DNA from: Camelus ferus
Lineage: Eukaryota
Length of the DNA: 64,000 nucleotides
Direction: 5' to 3'
Assembly (NCBI RefSeq): GCF_009834535.1
Contig: NC_045696.1
Location: forward strand, 117,802,001-117,866,000
Position 1 is the first letter of the stretch; the number at the start of each line of letters is the position of its first letter. Position numbers and translations under genes: made by a program. Of this stretch, positions 13,390 through 25,690 are shown in pieces. The notes beneath the pieces were generated by a model. The model saw nothing but the letters and a program-made list of their open reading frames with translations. It did not search any database and was not told the DNA's origin.

Positions 13390-14162
13390 TTCCTTCTCTG
13401 TGCTCAGCTTAAACATCACCTTCTTAGAAATGCCTCTCCTAACCACACCGTTTAAAGTGAGTGCCCTACCATTTTTCTCTCTCATATTGCTCTCTCTGTT
13501 TCTTCTGCAATGCTCAACATAATATGTAACTACTTCATTTTCACTCATTGGTTTCCATGATGTTCCAGGCAGAATATGGACCCCCAAAGATGTCCATGTC
13601 CTGCTCAGAACCTGTGAATAAATTACCTTATGTGACAACAAGGAATTTTGCCAATGTGATTACTGCACCTTGAAATGAGAAGATTATCCTGGTGGGTCCA
13701 TTCTAATTAGATGAATCCTTAAAAGAAAAGGACCCTTCCCGGCTGTGGTCATGGAGAGCTGTGATGACAAAAGAAGGATTGAAGGACTGTGACATGGGAA
13801 GGACTTGCTCTGACATAGCTGGCTTTGGTGACAGAGGAGGGGACCTCAAGTCTAGATATATAGGTGGTCTGTAGATGTCGGGAAAGGTAAGGAAATGATT
13901 TTCTCCTAGACCCTCCAGAAAGAAACCTTTAACCTGGTGAGACCCCTGTGAGACTTCTGGCCTGCAGAATTGTTATGATAATAAAATTGTACAGTTTTAA
14001 GCCATTTAATTTGGGGTAATTTATTACAACAGCAACAGGAAGCTAACACCCCTCCCTGGTTAGTGTCTTTTACTAGAATGGGTGTATCGCTTTCATTCCA
14101 TCTCCAGTTTGGAGCACAGTGCCTCGCATACATTTACTGAATGGACGAATAAATGAATGAAC
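13390..14162 (+). mobile_element. L2 3' end split by an MLT1D insertion (parts 13390-13560 and 14050-14162)
   Basis: ctcagcttaaacatcaccttcttagaaatgcctctcctaaccac on the left and gcacagtgcctcgcata...tactgaatggacgaataaatgaatga (L2 tail) on the right. Confidence 0.75.
13561..14048 (+). mobile_element. MLT1D-like solo LTR
   Basis: Starts tgttccaggcagaatatggacccccaaagatgtccatgtcc. Contains ctcctagaccctccagaa and ends ttttaagccatttaatttggggtaatttattacaacagcaacaggaagctaaca. About 490 bp. Confidence 0.88.
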
Positions 14163-15589
14163 CAAGAAATCTGTGTGTCATATCCAAAAGTTCATCTCAC
14201 CATCTTCACTTAAAGTGTTTGCCTTCCCTCTCGGGGAGTCACAAATGTAGAGAATCAGGTAGAAAATGCAGCTGATGATCTCAAGTTTCTCTCTATGGGT
14301 CAGATGGGAAAACATTGGCTGAGTAAATGTGAAAAATGAGCCCTCTTCTGTAAAGAGAGAAGAATTATGCCAAGCCAAGAGAACAATCAAAGATGCTAGC
14401 AAATCATAGATCTGGGACAGCACTTATGCACTATTTGAGCCTTCTGATGGGATGTGTTTTCTGTCAGCCGATATTTCCTATTCAGTTTCCAGAAAGACCC
14501 CACTGTCACAAGCACGATAAAATACTGGGTCAGCCGCATCAACTCCAAAATGGTCCCTCTTCCGGTGCAGTTAGATTTTATGATTTACACCCATTAATGG
14601 GAACTAGTGACTTTCCCAGCTGAAAAATGGTGGCATGTTCTGAAGAATGTGTCCTTTTCCAGGCAATTTATTTTTGAAGAGAAAGTTCAACTCACTCATC
14701 AGATAATTCACTCTGGCTCTACGGATTCAGCAACAGAATACTTTTAATACTGAGAACGAACTAGTTAAAACTGGCAGCTTTCTTCCCGGGGAATAATCCA
14801 GTTAAGAGTTGTGCCAGAAAATAAGCAAGCGACTGGAAGGGAAGGGTTAAAGCAATGTCACAGGAGACCAACTCAGAATCATCAAAACACTATGAAATAC
14901 AGGCAGCAAAGCAAGTCGTTGGAGGGATAAAAGATTGGTTCTTGCCTAGTTTCGTACACAAATTTCGCTTCGACTCCATATACTTAACCAAAACATATGT
15001 GTATATATCAGCAGTAGCTGACATGCAATTTCTTATGCAAATCATGTACGCTTGGAATAGCTTCGCATGGTGGTCCAGCCAACCAGCCAAGCTTTGGGCA
15101 GAGAAGATGAGCCTTACCCCAGATTCCAGGAGTGCCCACTGGGAGCGAAACATTATTCGCATCGCCAGATGAATACCACGTCTGAGCTACAGGCCTTACT
15201 CTCCCTTTTTTCATCCCTTAGCCCCCCTCCAAATATTCTTAAATCTTTGAATCTCCGTCTGTCTTCGTGGTAACTGTGGAGGAAATGATTTTGGACGGAA
15301 TTAAGCGGGCACAGGTGGTACTATTGCACACACGCACTCTCAGCGTAACATCTGCTTCAGATTCTTCAAAGCTTCTTATTTTTACAACAGTCCTCTTTGT
15401 CTTTTCTCTCTCTTTTTGTAGTTCTGTGGGGTTGTTTTTTTTTGGTTTTTTTTTCTTCTTATTTCAAGTCCCTGGAAGAAAGAGGACATGGAGGTGGAGG
15501 ACAGAGGAACTTCCATATGCTTCCTTGGATGCTAGAGTGTCATTACATCTGTTTTGTAGGATGCCCAAGGTGCTCACGTTTCCTAGATC

Positions 15590-15778
15590 CACACTGTCCT
15601 TTCTGCAGGGGTGGAAACGTTCTGTATCTGCATGAGATCTGTCCACAAACTTCACTTGTCTATTGAACACTTAAAATTGTGGTGAGTCTAATGCTGAACT
15701 GAATTTTAAATTTTGATTAATTGTAACTAATTTAAATTCAGCCATCTGTGGAAAGTAGCCACCCTATTAGCAGAACAG
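15590..15778 (+). mobile_element. MER3 (hAT-Charlie MITE)
   Basis: ctttctgcaggggtggaaacgttctgtatctgc...ctattgaacacttaaaattgtgg...gaactgaattttaaattttgattaattg...agccatctgtgg follows the MER3 layout. Confidence 0.75.
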
Positions 15779-16829
15779 TTCTAAACACTCGATGAGCGTT
15801 AGCGTTCCAGTTCAGTTTTCTCCATACTTTGCATCATACTTGATTTATTTAAGATAAAGTCCTTTAAAGTTTGCATCTCAAAACATTGTTTCCCTAGCAT
15901 AACCTTTCTCTCTCAAGTTCAATCCACCTTGCTTCCTCTATAATTCTTATTCTCTCCCCACAGTCACATCCAATCACTTACACACACGTGCACACACACA
16001 CATGCACGTGCATACACAGAGAACACTAGATATACCATGCAGAAAGAGGTGTTCATCACCCTTATGTATATTGCTTCTGAAAAAAAAATGAGAGAAAAGA
16101 AAAGGGGGAAAAGGGCAATGGGTAATCGCCTAACATTTTCAAGTGTAAATATTTAAGGGCAAGTTTATAAATACAGTGCGATATGTGCATATAGACCCAT
16201 GATGTTGCTGCTCATTACAGAGTATTTACGCAATGACGATGCTTGGTCCAAAGTGAAATGTGTGATGAAGTGTTACCATTAACAAGAAGAGGAAAAGCAA
16301 GACAGAATTGGAGATTTTTGAAAGGCTTAGACCTTTAAGAACTTTGGGGTTTCATGAAACTTTGTTTCCCTCGAGGGGAATATTTTTCTTCTCTTAAGCC
16401 ACTGTTAGTCAAGTGAATGTTTAATAAATAACTTGCTCTTATTCCTAAGTAGTGGGCTGGACTGTGTAACCAATAAAGCCTGCTGTTTGACAGTCCTGCC
16501 CACTGTTTTTCTGTGGTAGAAATAAAGATGGCGACATGCCGTTCTGAATCCGACCAGATCCAAACTTTCCATCAGATGTTAAGGTTTGGTTTCCAAATTT
16601 AGTATCCGTAGTTCCTCACTAACAAAATATGACCACTACCAAAAAGAACAATGGAATATTTCTTAGAAGGACACGAGAGCCAGCAGGCTGTTTCAGCAGC
16701 CTCCTTCCTACTGAGTGCTGTCTACACTGGCAAGTGGGGATAGGAAGAGACAATCTACAAGGAAGCACAGCAGGAATCTACCATGATCCTTCAAAGTTGG
16801 GCCACAACCTCAGTAGCCTTGCTGGTAAT

Positions 16830-17240
16830 GTTCTGGTTCCCTTAGGAAGCAGAATAAGGATTTGTGCACTTGGTTTATCTGAGAGGTGGGGGTAACTGGT
16901 GTACCAGTAGTTAGGTAACACGGGGAAGGAAAGATGGCCAATGGGAGTGCATTCTTAAGCCAGTTACTATAATGGGATGCTTAATCCCAGGGCTTACGTG
17001 AGATACAGTGTGAAATATCAGTTAAGGGACAAGGGAGTTAGGATACTTGTCCCCCCATAGCTGTTAAGGAATGCCTCAGAGGTTATGTTTATTCCCAGAC
17101 ACATCACTAGGACAAAGTGGGTTATTTTGACCCACGGATCGTCCACTGACAAAGGCGCAGGTGCTGGCTGCTAGCAGTCAGGCTGGCATGCACACACATA
17201 GGGTGAGAGGTCCTGACAGGATATGCTGCAGAATGTTGCC
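16830..17240 (-). mobile_element. ERVL LTR (LTR16/LTR33 group), antisense
   Basis: ctggttcccttaggaagcaga...gtttatctgagaggtg...ggaaagatggccaat...aagccagttacta is the reverse complement of the typical ERVL LTR 3' end. Confidence 0.6.
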
Positions 17241-18459
17241 AGAACCTACTACAAAAATATTACATGTGATAGAGTCCCTTTTAGGGTAAAGAGTGTCAAT
17301 TTTATAGAATTCCTTTTTGTTTTTCCAAATACTGCATTTACTAGCTTCAAGAGGGGATAGTCTAAAAGTTGGCAAATTCTTCCATATTTAGTTCAGGATT
17401 TCATAAACTTTCATAATGACCTTACCATATGTCTAAGATCAAGGAGGACTAGTCTCTTATTTTGTTCAGAAGCTGCTCTATATCCTTGATCATTTTCACC
17501 ATGTGATTTTTCCTCATTTGCTTACATTTTTCCTCATTGGGAATAATCAGATTTTTTAAAAAATATCCCAGTTTTGGATCCACAAATGCATGTGTCCCAT
17601 AGAGAAAAGGCACAGAACTTCATGAAGTGCTAATCATCGATTTTGCAAACTGTTGAGACATGTCAGGAAAAAGGACATGAAGAGCATGACGCTTCCACCT
17701 ATGTTATGCTGGTTTACTGCACTTACAACATGAAATGACTAAGCAGTGAAACCCCACACGGCTTCACTCAGGCACATGGAAAATTATCCTAGAACCCACC
17801 CGCCACAGATCATACTCAACAGAAAGGCTTCTCTCTCAGAGAAAGTCAGGACTTTGTATAAAATCCAAGGTACACGTTATGAATCAGACCACCCAAGCCC
17901 TACCCACGTGGATGATACAGATTTGGGGGAAGCTGGCCCATGATGGTGAAGTATGGAAGAGGAGGGGATGGGGACCACCCTGAATTCAGGGGAGTGACCA
18001 TGAAGACCCTCACAGAAATCACAGAGCAGAAGAGACAGGTGTGGTCAGGACTCAGGAAGCAGAACCAAGATGGAGGATGATGAGGCAAGTCCAAGGATCC
18101 CACCGGGCACGGGCATCGCTAGAGGCAGGACCAGGCGAGGAAGAAGCCAGAGTGAGGCTCTTACTGTGGAACCAAAAGGGCAGAGAGGGACATAAGAAGG
18201 GAAAAGAACTCGGAGGGGTGTGATCTGAGACAAGTGGGGCAAAACAGTTCAGGGTCTTACATGGGAATGCAAGCAACCATCTGGGACTTGGGGCCTTGGC
18301 ACCTCCTTCGAGGCAGAAACACCTCTTTGGAGAACTCTACTGAGAAAAAGAACACATCGGCACATGTGTAAACAGCACCCTAGATGTCAAGGCTCGTTCA
18401 AGTCTGTATTCTTTGTAGTTGGTATAGAAGCCTTAATATAATTTTGGTATTCTGCTCAT

Positions 18460-18780
18460 TTGGTTAATAATTTTAAAATACTTATTGACAAAAAAAGCAT
18501 GTATTTATTGTAGAAAATTTGAAAAGTGAAGAACAAAATCAGGGAAGAAAATTGAAGTCTCCAACAATGCACCTTCTCAGAAATGTTCATGTGTTCTATA
18601 GTTTTAATAAAAGATTGGTATAATATGATGTAGTGTAGCATACTATAACATAATAACACATCTAATATACTATAATATAATATAATACGTGTGATTTTGT
18701 AACTTTTTGACTTAATAATTCAGTGTATTGATCCATTCAATAACACTTTGCCCATTTATGAGAAATACTTCTAAGAACAT
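18460..18780 (-). mobile_element. L1ME-type 3'UTR fragment with an internal (TATAA)n-like tract
   Basis: catgtatttattgtagaaaatttgaaaagtgaagaacaaaa is typical of antisense ancient L1ME termini. Low-complexity tract at about 18640-18688. Confidence 0.5.
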
Positions 18781-18934
18781 ACTATTGTTGGAGGTAAAAA
18801 TGTCACCACCACCACATCAGACACAGAGCAGATAAAAGAACAAAACGTTGGTTTGGGTCCCTTCCTAACATGACAGAGTTACCATGTAGTCCACACTGTT
18901 AACGCTTCAGTGTCACAACAGGAAACAGATTGCA

Positions 18935-19290
18935 CATTCAGATGAGATCGCTTTGAGGAGGGTCTGATACACTTTGAGGGTGTAGGGAGACTGCCAGGAC
19001 CCAGGAGGCGGTGACTACAGCACGACCACCAGCCCTAGACCTGAGAGCAGAGGAGAGGGAACAGTTCCCAGAATGAGGAGGGCCATGTACAGATGGCCGC
19101 CACGGCAGGGTCAAGGGAGACAGCCAACCTGAGATAACCCTGCTGGGAGGGAGAGCTGGGAAGAAATATTCACCAATCCTCGACTGCTCTTCCCTTGACA
19201 CTCTGCCAGTGGTCCCTCCCTGTGCCGAACCCACCTAGAAATCAGCTACCAGGGGAGCCAGCTTTCTGTGGCTGCAGAGTGGATGGTTTC
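18935..19290 (-). mobile_element. ERVL LTR (LTR33/LTR41-like), antisense
   Basis: ggagggagagctgggaagaaatattcacc...ctgccagtggtccctccctgtgccgaacccacctagaaatcag...ggggagcc. Confidence 0.6.
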
Positions 19291-21424
19291 AAGTCCTAGG
19301 ACCCCTGAGGGGTTACATCTCTTGTTTGTACATTCTAGGTAGTGGAAACTGTTTGTCTATCTTTTATTCATTCATTGAATTATTCACTTATCCAACAAAG
19401 ATATTCAGACATCATATTAATACTAGTCCAAGATGGGGGGAGTGTAGCAAACTGCCTAAAATACCCCACGATAGGACATTGTGAAATGTTGGTGCATCAC
19501 AGGATGGAGTCCTGTGCAGGTGATAATAACGTACATTATTCAAATAATGATGTGAATCCTTTTTTTCATTTAACTCTGCAGGCATAGCCACATTTGGAAG
19601 GAATTTTGATTGTAAGGAATTGAACCATGGGTCTAAAGGTGGAAAACATTTCATTCAAACAAGTGTGGGTAATTTTCTAAGTGCTTGTTCCAGTTCCTTT
19701 CTATCACTTAGGTTTAAAAAAAGAAAATACTCTGCAGTTCGATTGAGAGTTATGGTTTCATTTTGATTTCCTTCTTTTCTTCCTGGCAGTTAATACACGA
19801 ATTTGATACAAGAGAAGAATGTCTGAGTACAGACATTAGAGACAAGCATCAGACAAAGGCTGAAGCCATTGCAGAACAAAGATAAAACCCAACTTGCCCT
19901 GCTTTCATTGACTCTACCGGACTGGTTACTTTCTTCCTCCTACTTTATAGTATTTTATCACGTTTTCTTTCTGGTCAATGGCTGACATAAAGTGTCAAAT
20001 TATTCGTTCTTAATACAACAGCAGAGTGTACACAGCACATGTAAAACAATCTCTCTGCAGCTGCACAAATGAGCATTACTTTGACCCCACTTAACCAGGT
20101 CACTTTTCAGAGAAACTAAGAGGAAACGCCTTCTAGTCTAGGCCACGACGACCTTAATCAGACCCAAAGCCAACATGGCTTCCAACCTGAACTGAATCTC
20201 CAACTATAAGCACTTCCTGGAAAGGCCATAAGGATTAAACTCCTTGTCCAAATCATGAGACTTTTCAGCTACTGGCATTTTATGTTGCAAGAAGGCAGAC
20301 TAAAGTCTAAATATTCTGCTGGAATAAACAGTCCACATTGCACTATGACAAAATGTATGTGTTAGTATGTTCGCACTGACATAAATGCCCGTCTTCTACA
20401 GTAGCACATTTTATTTAGGGTCATATAAATGAAAAGAGATAATTTCAATAAAAATAAACATGATATTCACCATTGTTAACAATCTCAGAAAAATTGGCAT
20501 TTGCTTTTTATGGCATTTCTTCAATATTCTTCAAGTGACAAAGGGTTTTACTCTCCCCAGAGGAAAGAGAAGTGAGATCTTCCTGGGGAAAGAGTGTTAA
20601 TTGCAGGTAGGTGCCTGTATTTTCTTAGTCTAGTGAAATGCTCTGACAAATTTCCTTCTGCATGTGAAAATCGACATTGTGTATCCAAAACCGTGGTAAT
20701 GGTGACCGTAAGTCAGCCCTCTTTAGATATTAAGGTGCTATTTGTGGGTTATTCGAAAAGTGAGTTTACAGAGTTACTTTTAAGGAACTGATTTTATTAC
20801 AAGGCGAGGAATCATTCTAAGTATTTAAACAAGTAATTGATCCTTTTCGACATCATCCTTTAACCAGTTGAAGCATCCCTGCTAAGTTTGGGACAAGCTT
20901 TTTGTGAGTGATTTGAATAAGCTAATGGCTCCTTACAAAGCACTTACAGGCTTCTGTTCATTCACATCAGCGCCACCTGAAAACTTCGTCCCCTGTGTTG
21001 CATACGTTTTGTATGCTTGCTAAAGCATGCAATAAATTGTTGATAAGGTTCTTTTTTTTTTTTTTTTTTTTTTGAGTTTTTGTTTTTAATGAAACATACT
21101 TTGTCCACAGAGGTAGGGGAGAGGAGGAACACATGTTTAGGACCATGGCCATTTTAAACGAAGGGGACGCCAACTCGCAAACAATCGTGCAGCCGATCCC
21201 CTTTGCAATGTTGTCAGCACATGCCTAACAAAATATTGTACTACCGACAACAATCGTTGCATTCTGCACTGGTAATTAACCTTGTAGAGATATTTTGAAT
21301 AAGCCTCATGCATATGTCATAAAGCAAATGACAAATTAAATGTTCGGATATGATTACAAAAGCTATTTTCCTTTTGGATTTAATTTCGTTCCAGGCGAAG
21401 CTTCTGTTAAGTAGCATTTTATAG

Positions 21425-21610
21425 ATCCACAATGCTGGAAAGAACTTTAAAGACTCCCCACACCCTTCGTGGTTCTTGTTTTTTGTTTTCTTTGCTTGGA
21501 GGGGGGAGGCCCAGGGCAGTGATATGATTTGCTCAAGGTCACACAGCTACTGTGTGACAGATTCAGTAACAGATTCTCCTGACCTCAAGGTTAATCCTTG
21601 TTGCTCTGGT
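21425..21610 (-). mobile_element. MIR SINE
   Basis: gaggcccagggcagtgatatgatttgctcaaggtcacacagcta is the antisense MIR core. Confidence 0.75.
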
Positions 21611-22961
21611 CTTTGTCGTGGTGGATTAAGCATATGGCACAACGTGAGGAGAGGAAATATTTGGGCTGATGGATTAAAAAGTAGTATATATATTTGCCTC
21701 TGAAAAATGTCCAAGAGTCACTCCTGTTCTATTTCTTCTTTGCCTTTTCATTTACTTCCATGTCAACCAAACTTTGTCTAGGAATATTCTCAACTCTCCA
21801 AACTCATTAAACCTCAACATTCCTTTCAACTGAACTAACACACTTCGGCTTGGCCCATGCACTTCAATGCTATTCCTTGTGAGACCATGGCTTTGTTTTC
21901 CATCCCACAAGGCTGAGAAGATTAAAAAAAAGAAAAAGTAGTTTACCCTCGGAAAAGAGCACATGAAGATGTATTCCAGGCAGGCAAAATAGGAGACACA
22001 TACTATTTCCAATCAATGAGCTGAAGATCATTTTCATGTATATGTGTAGGGAGCAGCTAAATGAATGCACACTGTAAAAATAGAGACTTTTGCTTCCATT
22101 AAGCTTGCTATCTATTAATTTTTAGGACCTGGAACTGTATTTATCAGGAATGACATATTTATTCACATCATTTTCCCTTTGACCTTAATATTTAACCCTA
22201 ATATGAAGTGGGAACTTTATAATTAGTGGATTTGTGGTTAAGATGATTTAATACCATTCAAATATTCATTTAACTACTGTCTTTGACCATCATTCTCATC
22301 TTCATGTTCTAAAAGTCAGGGATTCAGCCTCAAACTCCAAATTATTCATGATGAAATTAATTTATACATTCTTTGCTCCTCCAGATTCTAAAATGCCACT
22401 TGAAGAGGAAAAAACAAATGATTATAGTGAGTGTGTATTTTACACGTGATTATGTGTTTACAACATAAAGGAAACTGCGAGCGAGATAAGAACAAATTTG
22501 GAGTGATTTTCACAACAGTTGAGTTTTCTAAGTCTCCAACTTCCATAGCTTCAACTTTAGTGCTTTGTGAGGATGTGGCTGGCAGCTGAGGCAGCCTCAG
22601 CTCACCACACCAGTTTTTCAGCTGATTGTAGGTGGAATTAAGCGTCTAATAAATGGACCATAAAATGAATACTCACCTTTTCTCCTAACCACAAGCGACC
22701 ACCTCTAAGCCAGATATGTACACCCCAGGGTTGGTGGAAAGTTACACAAATAAGCAGATGAATGGAAAGACACCACTCAGCCCAAGTAGAGAGACTAACT
22801 CTGTTTCTCCACTTCTTTGCCATTTCCAAAGTGGGGCATAGGCTCACTACTCCCTGCACTTTTGCCAATTCTGAGCACATTTGCTTTTATGCTCACAGAC
22901 ACACATGCACACACACCCACAAATTCCCTCAAATGACAGCACCCTAAGGAGGAAGTTTTTT

Positions 22962-23750
22962 CAAAAAGTCTACAAAAACTAAGTGCTGTAGATGGTGTGA
23001 AGAAAAGGGAACCCTCCTACATTACTGGTGGAAATGTAAGTTGGTGCAGCCACTATGGAGAATAGTATGGAGATTCCTTAGAAAACAAAAAATAGAGTTA
23101 CCATATGATCTGGCAATCCCACTCCTGGGCATATAACCAGAGGGAACTCTAATTTGAAAAGATACGTGTACCCCATTGTTCATAGCAGCACTAATTACAA
23201 TAGTCAAGACATGGAAGCAACCTAAATGCCCATTGACAGATGACTGGATAAAGAAGCTGTGGTATATTTATGCAATGGAATACTACTCAGCCGTAAAAAG
23301 AATAAAATAATGCCATATGAAGCAACATGGATGGACCTTGAGGTTATCATATGAAGTGAAGTAAGTCAGAGAGAGAAAGACAAATATCATATGTGATATC
23401 ACTTATATGTAGAATCAGAAAAAAAGATACAAATGAACTTATTTGTATGAACCAGAAATAGGCTCACAGACATAGAAACCAAACAATGGTTACCAAAAGG
23501 GAAAGGGCAGGAAAGGAAAAATTAGAAATTTGGGATTAACATATGCACATTACTATATAAAAGTAGATAAACAACAAGGACCTTCTGTATATGACAGGGA
23601 ACTATATTCAATACCTGTAATAACCTATAATGGAAAAGAATCTAAAAAAGAAAAAAGTATATATATATATGTATATATAAACTGAATCACTTTGATGTAC
23701 ACCTGAAACTATCACAACATTGTAAATCAACTATCCTTCAATTTTAAAAA
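22962..23750 (+). mobile_element. Relatively young, 5'-truncated cetartiodactyl-type L1 (ORF2 C-terminus and 3'UTR)
   Basis: Well-preserved gagttaccatatgatctggcaatcccactcctgggcata, caatggaatactactcagcc and gcaacatggatggacc. The 3'UTR has gggaactatattcaatacctgtaataacctataatgg...tgtacacctgaaact...tgtaaatcaactat. Confidence 0.92.
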
Positions 23751-23824
23751 GTGGGGGGGGGGGGGAGGAAAGAGCTCTTTTATTTGTTGTTTCTGCCTTT
23801 TCTGTGATTTCTATAATTGAGATC

Positions 23825-24334
23825 TGTGGACCAGGAAGAGTGTGAGGATGATAGCATTGCAGGCAGGGGCTGTCATCACCAGCCCTATGCCTCATCATTC
23901 ATGTCTACACCTGAAGGTTGCTTATTGCAAACACCTGTGGCTCTCTCCCTGGGGGCTCTTTTCTGGTCAGGGAGCCATGTCAGCCAATTGTCAGGTCAAA
24001 CCAGAAGTGCCAGAGAGTTAGTACCCTTAGAAACAGCCCCCAACCAATCATGAATAAAGTTTTAGAGGATAAATACTCCAGCTCCCTCACGCTCGGCTGA
24101 GATAACTCTGAAGCACGTTCTGCACTGTCTCCCTTGACGCCCCAGCAGGACTGAGCTCCAGCTGACCAACAGCCATGAATTTACTTCATAACACATCCTT
24201 ATTGGCTTCCTTCCCTTCCCTGTTTCAACTTTTTCCAACCCTACTGGTTTTTAATGTGATCAGATTCCAGATAAACTACTTGAACTTGAACCTTTGTCCC
24301 AGAGCTGGTTTTTGGAAGAATCTGGGCTGAAACA
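23825..24334 (+). mobile_element. LTR16-like ERVL solo LTR
   Basis: gaggataaatactccagctccctcac, attggcttccttcccttccctg, ccagataaactacttgaacttgaacc, and the end ctggtttttggaagaatctgggctgaaaca. Confidence 0.8.
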
Positions 24335-24545
24335 AGCATAGTGGTTTGAAGTATAGACCTAGTAGTAACTTTGACCTCATTTCCAACCCTAGCTCCACCA
24401 CCTCCTAACTGTACAATCAGGAGCAAGTTGATTTAAAACTCCCTGAACTTCAGTTTTTTGATCTTTAAGTAAGAGTAATGAAATTATTGATAAGATTATT
24501 TGAGGAAATATGATGTGTTCATCACAGTAAATGGTACATTGTTTA
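24335..24545 (+). mobile_element. MIR SINE
   Basis: ttccaaccctagctccaccacctcctaactgt...gcaagttgatttaaaactccctgaacttcagttttttgatct. Confidence 0.7.
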
Positions 24546-24567
24546 ATTTAACTTATGTTAACCATTT

Positions 24568-25060
24568 ATCCTAGTTGCCTATTGCTGTGTAACAAATTAG
24601 CCCAATCATTTTATTTTGCTCATGACTTTCTGGAAGGACTCTGGTGGGTGTCTCTCGTTTGGAGCCTGTTGCACACTTGTAGTTGGATAGAGGCCAAGGG
24701 TCATCTGAAGGCTTAACTGGGTTGAATATCCTAAATGGCTCATTCACAAGGCAGCAGTGGATGTTGATGCTGCCAATTAGAGCATCTTAAAAAAGCATGT
24801 CCTTTTCATGTGCCCTTAGCTTCTCACAGCATCATGGCTACATTCTGAAAGGCAGCATCCCAAAGTGAGTGTTATAAGAGACCCAGCTGGAAACTGCACA
24901 CTTTTCCTGACCTAGTTTCAGAAGTCACATCCCTTCACTTATACCACATTCTACTGGTTACAACTGATTCTTGAAAACTAGTCCAGATCCAAGGTGAGGA
25001 AAATTGGACCTCAGCCAATGATGGGAAGAGGGTCCAAAACTTACAGCCATTTTAATCTGT
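24568..25060 (-). mobile_element. MLT1-family LTR (MLT1F-H-like), antisense
   Basis: tagttgcctattgctgtgtaacaaatta; tcatctgaaggcttaactggg; cttctcacagcatcatggct; tcagaagtcacatcccttcacttataccacattctactggtta. Confidence 0.78.
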
Positions 25061-25189
25061 ATTATTATTACTATTATTTATTATTACCATTTATTGTGAT
25101 CAGCTGTTTCTGGCTATGAAAATTCACCAAATACTTGTTGAATTAATTCATATAATTATGTATACATTACTCCACCCTAATCCCATTAA

Positions 25190-25512
25190 ATTGACTGCCA
25201 GGTCTTATCCATTCTACCCACAGCCCCCATTAATAACATGTACAGTATCTTTGGGTCTGTCTCTTTTTCATCATTATTACTGACCCAACTTTTGTGATCT
25301 GTGCCTGCATTATCTTGCACCTGCACTCTGGTAATAGATTTCTAACTCATTTCCTGATCTCCAGACTCTCCTTTTTCAATTCATTTTATACTTGACCCCA
25401 GATTAATCTTCCTAGGGCTCAGCCTTAATCCAGTTTAAAATCTGCCCAAAATCTGCCAATGCTTTCTCACTACCTACTTAATAAAATTCAAGCCATAGGC
25501 TTGAAATTCAGT
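25190..25512 (+). mobile_element. L2 fragment
   Basis: atcttgcacctgcactctggtaatagatttctaactcatttcctg...ccccagattaatcttcct...caatgctttctcactacctacttaataaaattcaag. Confidence 0.65.
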
Positions 25513-25546
25513 GTGAAGCACTGTGAAGTATAAAGAAATTGAGGCC

Positions 25547-25690
25547 AATAATAATAATAATATAATAACAATAGTAATACTTATATTAGAATACACATGA
25601 TTCTAAGTGTGTCACAAGTAGTCACTTGCTTAACCCTCACAAAAAAACCTTACGAAGCAGATACAATTGTTACTTCGTTTTACACTAGGG
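25547..25690 (-). mobile_element. MIR fragment with (AAT)n tail
   Basis: aataataataa...ttctaagtgtgtcacaagtagtcacttgcttaaccctcacaa. Confidence 0.6.

Noticed and set aside
14855..15214. Overlapping sense and antisense ORFs of 68-105 aa
   Set aside because: No family similarity or splice context; consistent with chance.
20967..20985. CTCF-like motifs (cagcgccacctg here and tggcgccatctgcc near 61465)
   Set aside because: Only the 3' half of the CTCF consensus matches; the 5' CC is missing.
22584..22602. Palindrome agctgaggc-a-gcctcagct
   Set aside because: A 9-bp arm is near chance expectation in 64 kb, and nothing else supports it.
23022..23207. ORF with a familiar [15 protein letters not shown] motif
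   Set aside because: It is the antisense translation of the L1 ORF2 3' end, a common spurious protein hit.
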